DNA of 64,000 bases. Origin: Octopus vulgaris. Taxonomy: Eukaryota. A program made the translations under genes and the position numbers. The stretch spans positions 37,758,001-37,822,000 of the forward strand of contig OX597831.1 of NCBI GenBank assembly GCA_951406725.2. The letters run 5' to 3'. Of this stretch, positions 29,195 through 41,369 are shown in pieces. The notes beneath the pieces were generated by a model. That model was not told where the DNA came from, searched no databases, and saw only the letters and a list, made by a program, of their open reading frames with translations. Numbering within the stretch: position 1 is the first letter of the stretch; every line of letters begins with the position of its first letter.

Positions 29195-29356
29195 CAAAAA
29201 CTATGTCATTGTATGAAAAAAATTTTATAACATTCTTCTGACATAATGACTCAAATATATAAATTTTAACCTTTTAAAACAAGCCTTCTGTAGTTTTTTC
29301 ACTTTTTACTATTTTCTATATATTGAACCACGTGCTTTCACACACCAACTTTCTCA

Positions 29357-29409
<53 letters not shown>

Positions 29410-30027
29410 CTGAGATTCAGTTAAATGGAGCCGCTTGAAACAGTCGTATTGCATCACTACTTCATATACCGATACTTATTTTGAATATATATATATATAT
29501 ATATAGATACATACATGCATACATACATACATACATACATACATACATACATACGTACATATTTACGTACGTACATACATACATATATGCATTTCCATTC
29601 GAAAGATCTTTATTCACACAAAACGATATGAGCAATAATTTCACTCCCAACAGTTATTTTTATATTACCAAGTAAATATTTTTTTCGATGATGCAAACAG
29701 AGGGCATGCGTTCAATTCGATTTTTTCTATTTTATTGCTGTTTAACACATTAATCTACATTCCGATAATATTATTGAAATTTTAATCATTGTGGAATAAA
29801 AGATTTGACTTTTAGATCAAGCACACAGAACACCATGAAACCAAAATAACAATTCTCATGTGATATTTAGATCTCTCATCACAAGTATACTTTTCTTCTC
29901 GATTTCACAACACTTCAAAGATTCATTCTCACTTAATATTAAACACCAAATTCTTTTTCAACTTATATCCACAAAGATATCCACTCCGAGGTTTCGAGTG
30001 CTTTTCCTGTAAACCTGACAAAAAAAT

Positions 30028-30363
<336 letters not shown>

Positions 30364-30395
30364 GTTTATATGCATGTATGCGCGTGTACATATAT

Positions 30396-30548
30396 ATGGC
30401 TGTGTGGAAAGAAGCTTGCTTCCCAGCTATATCGTTCCGAGTTCAATCCCACTGAGTGGCACCTTCGACAAGTGTCTTCTATTATAGCGTCTGGCTGATC
30501 AAAGCCTTGTGAGTGGATTCCGTGGACAGAAACTGAAAGAAGTCTGTC

Positions 30549-30613
<65 letters not shown>

Positions 30614-30860
30614 AATATATATATATATATATATGCATATTTATGTGTTTGTATGTATTTGTGTAACCGCCAGCGTTTGACAACCGATGTAGGTGTGTTT
30701 ATATGCCCGTAACCTAGCGGTTCGGCCGCCGAAGTATAAGTTCTAGGCTTAAAAAGAATAGGCATTGTAGTCGATTTCTTCGACTAAAACAGTTTAGGGC
30801 GGTGTTGCAGAATGGCCGCGGTCAAATCACTGACACAACTAAATGAATCAAACAATAAAA
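30396..30860 (+). mobile_element. Family A SINE with an expanded internal (TA)n
   Basis: tggctgtgtggaaagaagcttg...gtggcaccttcgacaagtgtc...aatggccgcggtcaaatcactgac. Confidence 0.88.
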
Positions 30861-31198
30861 GGAGTGGATGTGTGGTAAGTAGCTTGCTTACCAAACACAT
30901 GGCTCCCAGTTCAGTCCCAATTGTCTTCTACTATAGCCTCGAGCTATAGCCTTTTGAGTACATCTGGTATGCGGAAGCTGAAAGAATATATGTGCGTGTA
31001 TGTGTGTGTATGAGTGTGTTGCTCTTTGTGTGTGTCTGTGTGTCTGTGTGTGTCTGTGTATGTTTGTGTGTCTGTGTTTATCCTCTCCCCACATAGCTTG
31101 ACAACAGATGCTGGTGTGTTCACGTACCCGTAATTTAGCGGTTCTGTAAATGAGACCGAAAGAATAAGTACTATGCTTACGAAGAATTAAAGAATAAA
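30861..31198 (+). mobile_element. Family A SINE, second head-to-tail copy
   Basis: ggagtggatgtgtggtaagtagcttgcttacc begins immediately after the tail of the previous copy. Confidence 0.85.
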
Positions 31199-31259
31199 AC
31201 AATATATATATACACATACACACACACACATAGACCACCATGTACGGAATTCCCCATGA

Positions 31260-31439
31260 AAGATCACTAGCCATTACATGTTCTTTATTTTCTCTTATAG
31301 TTTCTTTCTGTGTTCTTTTATGTGGAAGAGCATCAGGTCGAAACGTTAAAGCCTTTTTTTCATTTCCCGAGCGTTAAACCAATACGTCTGTTTTTGTCTA
31401 CATCACCTGTCTTCGTCTTTTGATTGTTTTGTGAATTCT

Positions 31440-31442
<3 letters not shown>
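31260..31442 (+). mobile_element. About 180-bp repeat with a decayed minimal HHR motif; same family as 34340-34514
   Basis: Aligns with 34340-34514; tgtggaagagcatcaggtcgaaacgttaaag; followed by (TA)n. Confidence 0.6.
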
Positions 31443-31474
<32 letters not shown>

Positions 31475-31475
<1 letters not shown>

Positions 31476-31721
31476 GCGCCCATTTAAAGCCTAGCCAGTC
31501 TCATGGGCCCGGTGTCTCGGTTTCTATGGCGTATGTGTTCCCCAGCTGGACGGGACGCAAGTCCATCGCAGCATTACTCATTTTTTCCAGCTGTGTGGAC
31601 TGGAGCAACGTGAAATGAAGTGTGTTCCTCAAGAACAAAACGCGTCGCCCGGTCCAGGAATCGAAGCAACGATCTTACGATCATGATGCTCACATCCTAA
31701 CCACTAAGTCACGCGCCTCCA
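31475..31721 (-). mobile_element. Family C SINE: tRNA head, CORE-like body, V-like domain
   Basis: Minus strand gtggaggcgcgtgacttagtggttagg...gttcttgaggaacacacttc...ctgcgatggacttgcgtcccgtccag...tail shared with the 51121 copy. Confidence 0.85.
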
Positions 31722-31737
31722 CACACACGTACAATCA

Positions 31738-31794
<57 letters not shown>

Positions 31795-32240
31795 ATAAAT
31801 ATTAGGAATAAATCCAAATTTACAGGGAAAAATCAGATTTAGGATTGAATCCAATTTTATAGTAAAATATTATATAATATTAATTAGAGACAAAACCACT
31901 ATTATGCAAATCAAACAAAGAAAGACTTAATCCAATACATAAACAATTTTATATAAATTAAATAAAATTAAGTTATCCACTACAATTGTTTCTTGTCACT
32001 TCTAAGGACAGTCATCAGCTGGTTTTCAGACCTAAAAATAATCAATATTTTTAAGATATAAATTTGAAATGACTAAAAAATATAAATAATATAAATTTAT
32101 CAATGAAAAAAATATATATATAATCTATATATAATCTATATATAATCAAGAACTAAACAACCTCTATAAACAATTGAATATAATGAAACCTAGTATTTAA
32201 GTTCTCATATTTAAAGATGAAAAATCTAATTTCAAAAAAC
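31795..32240 (-). mobile_element. Penelope-like 3' end / pLTR with a hammerhead
   Basis: EIRFFIFKYENLNTR resembles a PLE ORF C-terminus; HHR at 31977-32022; ends in (TA)n. Confidence 0.55.
31977..32022 (-). ncRNA. Minimal type I hammerhead ribozyme motif
   Basis: CCAG-CUGAUGA-CUGUC(CUUAGAAGU)GACAA-GAAA-C(AAUU)GUA-GUGG; conserved core intact, one mismatch each at the base of stems I and II. Confidence 0.75.
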
Positions 32241-33812
32241 AAAACAAAAAGCAAAAAATAAAATATATATACACACATGCTCATACACATATATCCAAGT
32301 ATATATATAAACATATCTAAATACATACACAAACTCACACACACATATATATATCTCTATACATACACATAAACATATAGGCAACGATAAATTTATAAAG
32401 TAGCCGTATACTTCTACACATTACTTATTCATACTCCCACACACACACATACAACCCTCATTCATAAACACACTCACTCAGCATGACAACAACACAGAGG
32501 AAACACAACATCCAGCAGCCGCATACACTCAACCACAACCACAGAAACATTTCATTCTTAGCAAAAAACTACCAAATACCATATACCACATATATGCAAC
32601 AACCATACATAAATACTTAAACAAACACACACACACACATATTCCAAATACCACATGCATGCAACAGACATACACAAATATGCAAACAAACACACACACA
32701 CGAACACATTCACACATACACAAACACCCAAAAAAAACAATATTTCTACACATAAACAATGCACACCCACACACCCACACACACAATCACTCACACACAA
32801 CCGCACTCACACCGCAACACTCCAACACAGAGGAGTAACAAATTCAGCAGACACATACACTCAGCCACACACATACAGGAACATTCCCTACTCAGCAATA
32901 CACTATTAAAAAAACACCAACACCACTATAAACATATTTATGAATAGCGGGGACTTCAAAAAGAAATTCCCTAGTCATAAAATCGCTTCCTCTTAGTCTC
33001 TTACGCTCTCATTACTTCAAATATTCCCGCAAAGCCATATGTAGAAATATAAAAGTTTTTTACGGAAATCGACGGAAACGTGTGCTACGACGTGTGCTAC
33101 GACAAACGAAACTTCGCCGGAATATTATCTTATATAAAATTATTCTATTATTAAACATAACCTAAACCATTTAAAACGAACCTATCTATTTATCAAAGTA
33201 TATCTAAATTATTTAATAACTAATAACAAAGAAAAATATGATAAATAGATCACTACATAAACAACAAGATTAACATAAGGATAATATATTATTCAAAGGC
33301 TTATACATATTAAAATTACAATTAGGAGATGTTAAAAAATACGTACCTTCTATTCAATTTTAAATTATGAAGTAAGTTTAAATGACTAGCTGTTACAGCG
33401 TTTACGAAATTACTTTATCAACAGAAATAGAATATATTTTTAATAAATTCTTTGCGCGTGATGAACCAACGTTATTTTAAAGAATATGAATGGAATAATA
33501 TGTTAATCATCGTAAATAGACTGAATTTACTAAAAAATTCTTTAATAAAACAAGCATAATAAACGAAACCCATACATACAAATATAATGATCAAAACCCC
33601 CCTTTACCAGATACACAAGAACAAACCTATATAGCAATCCCCCCATCTATACATTCACACACATATACACACACATATTTACACACACCCACAACCAAAT
33701 ACATGTACACACTCTCACATACATATACATACGTACAATACTCGATATATACACCAATATATTCACACCCACACCCATACAAATAAATAACTAAATACAT
33801 ATACATCCATAA

Positions 33813-33851
<39 letters not shown>

Positions 33852-34146
33852 TATCATCAAATACACATATATATAAATACACACATTCACAAAAAAATAA
33901 ATAAATATTTATTATATGTATGTATGAGTGTGTACACGCATACGGGTGCAATCTCGCGCACATGCAAGCATGCATGTATACAAGTGCATGCACAAGCACA
34001 CGCATCTACATGTGCACGCATGCACTCCCGCATCTACACATGCACTTGTACACGCGCACACATGCACACACGTACATGCACATGCATATTCACGGACACC
34101 CTCCCAAACATCTATGTTCTTGTGTATCTGGTAAAGGGAGATTTTG

Positions 34147-34189
<43 letters not shown>

Positions 34190-34214
34190 AGAGAGAGAGA
34201 GAGAGATTGATAGA

Positions 34215-34246
<32 letters not shown>

Positions 34247-34251
34247 TAGAC

Positions 34252-34331
<80 letters not shown>

Positions 34332-34339
34332 CGCATTGA

Positions 34340-34514
34340 TAGATCGTTAGCCACTACTCACATATTTTTCTCTCCTTTTTTCTGTGTCCCTTTCTGTAGA
34401 AGAGCGTAGGCTCGAAACGTAAAAGATTTTTTCTATTCCTGACCGTTTTTACTATTACATCTGTTTATTTTGTACACCACCAGTTTCGGCTTTTGTTTTT
34501 TCGTAAACTCTCCC
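34340..34514 (+). mobile_element. About 175-bp repeat carrying a minimal HHR variant (34390-34425)
   Basis: CUUU-CUGUAGA-A-GAGC(GUAG)GCUC-GAAAC-GUA-AAAG; lies between (TAGA)n and (TA)n. Confidence 0.65.
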
Positions 34515-35185
34515 TATATATATATATATAGCCACACAAAAAACCGTGGATATTTATAAATATGTATTCTTGTATATATATGTACGTTTACGTACATATG
34601 CATATTGCTGTAATTGCACATTTTTCTCTTTATAGATATTCAATAATTTCTACATAATATTAAGTAATAAAATTAAAAAAAAAAGAAACTGGTATATACC
34701 TTATGCACCTCGTAAAACCGGTTGTCTTTTTTTAAGTCTAGAAACATTTGTAGATCCATTTGCGAAGAAGGTTAAACAATATTCTGTGAGATAAATTGAT
34801 TTCTTTCGAGCAGCGGAGAACTAATGTAATGTTGTGACCTTTATGCATACCATATGAAGATTTGTACCATAAGTGAATTAAATTGCTTAGAATCTGGAAT
34901 TTGTTTTCTATAAATATGATACAGATTTTCTATGGTGTAAGTCATCACTATTTTATTCTATTTTATTCTATTCATCGGCATCGCTTTTTCTATATTTCTG
35001 CCACTGGATAACCAGATTTAGAAGAATAAAAAATAAAAAAAGAAAGAAGACAATGCAAATACGCGGTGTCTTTTGCAAATGTATCTGTATGTCGACCAAT
35101 ATAGTCATATATCTAACTAAATATTTATGTATCTATCTATCTTAATACGAGTGTGTGCACATATATGCGTGTGTCTGTATATACA

Positions 35186-35312
35186 TAGGCGTAGGAGTGG
35201 CCCTGTAGTAAGTAGCTTACTTACCAACCGCATGGTTCCGGGTTCAGTCCCACTGCGTGGCACCTTGGGCAAAGTGTCTTCTACTATAGCAGCGAGCCGA
35301 CTAAAGCCTGTA
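35186..35312 (+). mobile_element. Family A SINE head
   Basis: taggcgtaggagtggcc...ggttccgggttcagtcccactgcgtggcaccttgggc. Confidence 0.88.
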
Positions 35313-35333
35313 TCATAGCTGTATATATATACA

Positions 35334-35367
<34 letters not shown>

Positions 35368-35720
35368 CATATATATACATATATATATACATATATATAT
35401 ACATATATATATATAGATGTAAGTTAACAATTGAGGATAAAATCTTTAAAAGAAATTATCAGTAGTTAGCGTGAAAAACCTCGTAAGAGAAAAAATCCGT
35501 AAAGTTTTCCGCTTTATTTATATTATATTGTGGGTACTACTATTCGTAGATACCACCTGAATTTTTATTCCGAGTAAGCAATTTGTTACCGAAATGCATT
35601 GCGAATAAGCCCGCCATTTTCATAGATATGTAAAGATAAACATTCGTACATGCTACGACGAATCCTACGGTTGGCCATCGAGCTTGTAACGTTACGTTTT
35701 TTCTTATATATCTTGAGTTT

Positions 35721-35784
35721 GTTGCACTGATGAACATATAATGCATATTCTGCATTGATTGCGAAATCACAGGTGCTATGTAAC
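35721..35784 (+). ncRNA. Type I hammerhead ribozyme, copy 1
   Basis: GUUGCA-CUGAUGA-[stem II]-GAAA-UCAC(AG)GUGC-UA-UGUAAC; one mismatch in stem III. Confidence 0.8.
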
Positions 35785-36216
35785 TAAATTCTTTTTTTAA
35801 ATGATTTGCTTTGAAGTTTTGCATTCGGTAAAATTTTGTTTATTTTAGTAGTTTTGACCGCATTAGTCCCTCTTTAGCGCGTGGTATCTACGAATAGTAG
35901 TACCCTCAATATAATATAAATAAATATTTTCAAAGTGGAAAAATTTACGAATTTTTTCTCTTACGAGGTTTTTCACGCTAACTACTGATAATTTATTTTA
36001 AAGATTTTATCCTCAATTATTAATTTATATTTTTCACCGGAATAGTTCAATACTGAATTTTTATTCCGAGTAAGCAATTTGTTACCGAAATGCATTGCGA
36101 ATAAGCCCGCCATTTTCATAGATATGTAAAGATAAACATTCGTACATGCTACGACGAATTCTACGGTTGGCTTTCGAGCTTGTAACGTTATGTGTTTTCT
36201 TATATATCTTGAGTTC

Positions 36217-36280
36217 GTTGCACTGAGGAACATAGAATGCATATTCTGCATTAATTGCGAAATCACATGTGATATGTAAC
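36217..36280 (+). ncRNA. Type I hammerhead ribozyme, copy 2
   Basis: GUUGCA-CUGAGGA-ACAUAG-AAUGCA(UAUUC)UGCAUU-AAUUGC-GAAA-UCAC(AU)GUGA-UA-UGUAAC; 6-bp stem I, palindromic stem III. Confidence 0.85.
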
Positions 36281-36418
36281 TAAATTCTTTTTTTAAATGA
36301 TTTGCTTTGAAGTTTTGCATTCGGTAAAATTTTGTTTATTTTAGTAGTTTTGACCGCATTGGTTCCTCTTTAGCGTGTGGTATCTACGAATAGTAGTACC
36401 CTCAATATAATATATATA

Positions 36419-36476
<58 letters not shown>

Positions 36477-36489
36477 CATATATATATAC

Positions 36490-36522
<33 letters not shown>

Positions 36523-36560
36523 CGTATGTATATATAATATATATATATATGTTTTATCAA

Positions 36561-36591
<31 letters not shown>

Positions 36592-36630
36592 GTATATATA
36601 TATATACAGACATACATATATATACATATG

Positions 36631-36699
<69 letters not shown>

Positions 36700-36896
36700 G
36701 AGATGATTAAAATCCACCCAAGGCATTAAACATTTTCAATAAATTATGGTTTGTTACATATTATTTTGTTGTGAATCGTAATATTCCTTAAATAATAGGT
36801 TTAAGTATAAATCTTGGTTTATAAATATTCAAATTAAAATCGAAAAACGGTGATGTAGCGTTAAATTAATTTATCAACTGCAAAAATTCAGCATGT

Positions 36897-36980
36897 TCCC
36901 TTACAGCTGTTTCGATTTCGCCCCAAACATGTAAATTCCAATAATTAAAACATTTTGTTGGGCAAAGTCTGATCAGTGGA
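36897..36980 (-). ncRNA. Type I hammerhead-like motif with long stem II and core G8C; within a ~400-bp repeat at about 36700-37110
   Basis: UCCA-CUGAUCA-GACUUUGCCC...GGGCGAAAUC-GAAA-C(AGCU)GUA-AGGGA. Confidence 0.65.
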
Positions 36981-37114
36981 TTAAAAAAGATATATCGTTA
37001 AGTTAATACATGGTATTCTTCCAAAATACTTCAACAAACTATGTATATATATATAATTTTAATAAAAGTGTAAAATGAATTAATCCATAAATTAATTAAA
37101 TTGATCAATTGAAA

Positions 37115-37156
<42 letters not shown>

Positions 37157-37743
37157 TGGGATATAATTTTGGTTTTTAATCACCTGCAAGTTATAAATGC
37201 CGAAGAATTTCGTCTATGGCAATAATAAATGCGGATGATTCTATGCTGGCTTTCAGTAACTCATAAATTATTCAGTCACTTACAAACTAAACCCATATAC
37301 ATATAAATACATAATCACGCAGACCCCATCACACACATGTACTTATATGTATGTGTGTATAGATACATAGATATCTACATGAAGAGATTTACGTGTGTAT
37401 GAATGTTTGCGCGCATCCATATACAAAATCTGGATTAGTTACTATGTTACATTATATTTTATTTTATTTCTTATCTCTTTTATTTTTAGTTTGTGATGTT
37501 GCAAAATTTCTGGAAATCTGTCAAAACAGTTCCTGCTAATTCTTTCTGATTTATTATGAATCAACCACGATCGGTAAGCGATAGTATATAGGTTCCCAAC
37601 TATCATATGTTACGAGACAACTAAATTTAGCCATCAGTGGGGTTGGCGTATGGAGTGCAAGTGAAAAAGAAGACAATGAAAGCTACAATTTATCTATCTA
37701 TCTATATATATATCTATCTATCTCTCTACATTTAAGTATTATG

Positions 37744-38122
37744 TAGGTGCAGGCGTCGCTGTGGAGTAACAAGTGTGCTTTCCAGCAACATAGTTCCGTG
37801 TTCAGTCCCATTGTGTGACGCTGTAGCTACTATAGCCTCTGGTTGACAAGTGTCCTGTAAGTGTACTTGGTAAGCGGAAACTGAACGAACCCTTTCATAT
37901 ATATATATCTGTGTATTTGATTGTGTCTTGTGTGTGTTCGTGCGTTGTGTGTGTGTGTGTGTGTGTGTGTGCTGCGTATACATCCCCGTAGCTTAGCAGT
38001 TCGGCAAAAGCGACCGATAGAAAAAGTACCAGGCTTTAAAACTAATCAGTATTGAATCGATTTGTTGGACTAAAAGTACTTCAAGGCAGTGCTCCAGCAT
38101 GGCTGCAGTTTAATGACTGAAA
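37744..38122 (+). mobile_element. Family A SINE, diverged
   Basis: taggtgcaggcgtcgctgtgg...gctccagcatggctgcagtttaatgactgaaa. Confidence 0.85.
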
Positions 38123-38127
38123 ATAAT

Positions 38128-40080
38128 TCAGCTGCCCATTCTCCCGCTACATAGAAAATAACCGGAAGAGATACCTGGATGACTGTTTCATTCTTTGGCA
38201 TGAGAGTATAGTGATACTTAAAGAATTCCAAACTCTTTTAAATGGACTTGACGTAAACATTCATTTCCCGATGGAATATAGCCATCAACAACTTCCCTTC
38301 CTCGACATCCTTATTTAGAAATTTAACAACCTAATAGTAACTGATATATAATATAAGCACACCGACTCCAAGCAATATCTTTCGTACAACTCAAGCCACC
38401 CCTTACACAACAGAATGAATATACCCCTCAACCTAGCAAAACGGATATGTACTGTAGTTTGTAATGATAGCACCAGAGATACACGACTAAGTGAACTGAA
38501 GGATACACTCCTCACCAGGAACTACCTACCTTCCCTAATTGACATATTCTTTCAACGTGCCCTACAGCTCACCATCCACGGACTCAGACACCTCAAGTTA
38601 AAGAAGGATTTACAACCAAAAGCCCTCCTATACATCTCCACATACAACCCTCTTAACGTCACCATCCTTCAAAACATTCCCCCGCTAAAAATGGACCACA
38701 GAATGAACTTAATCCTCGAAACACACACCATCATATAAAGTAAGAGACAACCAAAATCTATGAAAAATTTCCTAACACAAGCCCAAATACGCCCAACGAC
38801 AACACAGAAGTCGTCAGTAAAAAAATGCGGAAGACCCAACTGTGGGATATGCGTCAAATTAATTGAAGGATCAGAGTTCTCCTTCAAACAGGGACAACAT
38901 TTCACTGTGAAAAGCAGCTTCACATGTGCTTCGGAGGACCAAATATACTGCTTTGGCTGTGAAGAGCTATACATAGGCCAAACAAAAAGTAGTCTACGTC
39001 AAAGGAAGGCTCTGCACAGATCCCAGACAAAATTCCCCAAAACAGAAAAATAGCTATTTCTTTACTACTCACAAGGGGTTAAACACAGAGGGGACAAACA
39101 AGGACAGGCAAACGGATTAAGTCGATTACATCGACCCCAGTGCGTAACTGGTACTTAATTTATCGACCCTGAAAGAATGAAAGACAAAGTCGACCTCGGT
39201 GGAATTTGAACTCAGAACGTAACGGCAGACGAAATACGGCTACGCATTTCGCCCGGAGTGCTAACGTTTCTGCCAGCCTGCCGCCTTTTAAAATAGTATT
39301 CAGCCAACACATTTGCGCCAATAACAAAAATCCAAGCTTTAGAATTTTTCCACTCTACCAATTCAGGTACGAGACAACCTGTGGCAAACGAATTAGTAAA
39401 GATACTCCCTTTATTACAAAATAAAGACCCTACAACAAACGACATATCCACCATGGCCTTAGAAAAACACAAACACGCACATATTAAAAATGATACACTC
39501 AAGAATTCATTAACAAAAAAGTCCCAATCACTGCTATAATCCATAAAGACTCACCTTTAGGTCACTTGACCTTTGAACATCCTACTGCTATCATACCGCC
39601 TGCATTCATTTTTTATTCTCCCTTCTCTTTCTCCTGCTTCTTATTTGTCTTCTTTCTCTCCGCCAGCTCCTTCCTTACTTTACTACTGTTTCTGCTTAGA
39701 ATAACACCTATGCAAATATTATAAACAATATATGGAAAAGAGATGTCTTAAGAATTCAATCACTACTACGATCCACAACAAGACACTTTCAGGGTACTTG
39801 ACCATTTAACATCCTACTACTATCATGGTACTCCCGCATTTTTCTCCTCCTCCTCCTCTTCTTCTTCGTCTTCTCTACCAAGAATTCACAACGACCTCGA
39901 ACCCACAACAGTAAAGAAGAGAGACAGAGACAGGCAAAACAAGTCAAATGTCCTTTGTATTTGAATACTATGCAATTATTCTTTTAAAAATATTTTCTTT
40001 TAACTTTTCGTAAATTTAATTGCTTTCCATAATTACAGTTGACAAATCTCCATGACTGAAACTGGGATAAAATTATTTTA
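38128..40080 (+). mobile_element. Penelope-like element, 3' half (RT C-terminus, GIY-YIG, 3' region); pseudogenised and interrupted by a SINE
   Basis: RYLDDCFILW, LPFLDILI, YKHTDSKQYLSYNSSHP, KKCGRPNCGIC, IYCFGCEELYIGQT; ORF resumes after the SINE as IVFSQHIC...FRIFPLYQ. Confidence 0.9.
39054..39289 (-). mobile_element. Family B SINE monomer (Meta/MESC-like) with a 7-bp TSD
   Basis: Head ggcggcaggctggcagaaacgttagc, B box gagttcaaattcc; AAAATAG at 39047-39053 and 39290-39296. Confidence 0.92.
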
Positions 40081-40384
40081 GCATTTTCTACCTTGACTTT
40101 TTTCACAAACTTCTAAAACACGGTCAAAACAAACGAAACTCACAAGCCATTTCAAGGGGCTGAAAAAACAACAACAACAAAAGTTGGAGGTTTTTATTTT
40201 TTTAAGAACATAAAAAGCCGATGAATTCACCGTCGGCAACATGTGTGTTGCTGAGACAAACATTCCTGTTTGTCTCAGAAGCAAAAGTCTTGGAGTAATA
40301 TTTGATAAATGCATGACATTTAAGCAACGCATCAATCAGAGAATCACTCACTCATTCATTGAAGAAGAAGAAGAAGAAGAAACA

Positions 40385-40533
<149 letters not shown>

Positions 40534-40620
40534 TGCACGCAAAAAAAAATAAAAAAACACTGTAGTGTGTATGGGTGTGTATTTTTCTATATATATATAT
40601 ACATATATATACATACATAC

Positions 40621-40667
<47 letters not shown>

Positions 40668-40670
40668 TAC

Positions 40671-40770
<100 letters not shown>

Positions 40771-40878
40771 CATATCTAGTTACCTGGTGAAATACAGGGA
40801 AGCGTGTATATTTGCATCAGAAACTTTCTCTCTCTGTCTTTTTGTCTGTTTGTCTGTCTCGCTCTCTCTCTTTCTCTC

Positions 40879-40930
<52 letters not shown>

Positions 40931-41369
40931 TCTATTTGTGTATGCAATCACCCACCTTCAATTTAGCATGCGACTGATTTAGTATCGGATTTTCTAATTG
41001 GTCTTACAGTGTTCATTTTAATTAGTTTTTCTGACAACACAGCTGTTTCACTGATAATTGAACAGACATTACTTTAAATCTTTCCTCTCGGGTGTTTAAA
41101 TTTATTTATTATTTTAATTCATATCTGACTCAATATTAGTTTCCTATATTCATTATGGTTACGTACGGATAGAAATTTCCTGCGATTTCATTATAATTGT
41201 AATTAGATGCTATATTTTAACAGCAAAAATTTATTCTCAAAATGTTATATAAAAGTAACAATGAAAGTAATAACTCATGCATTTTAATTAATAATTATAA
41301 CTCTGAAGTAGGATATTGTAGAGTCTTAAATGTGAAATATGCAAATTTGTTTTCATTATAAAGTATTTT

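Larger units (their letters stand above)
28225..29358 (-). mobile_element. Truncated Penelope-like element (GIY-YIG end) with an inverted pseudo-LTR, inserted in (TA)n
   Basis: 416-bp inverted arms 28225-28640 and 28895-29310; minus strand KKCGRPNCATC...IYAIRCSGCHQNYVG...LHRQQI...FSEHIEKC...ETFFIEKCKPKLN. Confidence 0.92.
35417..36413 (+). mobile_element. Retrozyme / Penelope pLTR-like element: about 1.7 tandem units of 496 bp plus an inverted 140-bp partial copy
   Basis: Direct repeats start at 35557 and 36053; 35417-35556 is the reverse complement of about 35881-36030; one HHR per unit; TA-rich tracts on both sides. Confidence 0.85.

Noticed and set aside
37490-37573. Acceptor/donor pair (tttttag ... 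tcg|gtaagc)
   Set aside because: Stop codons in all three frames
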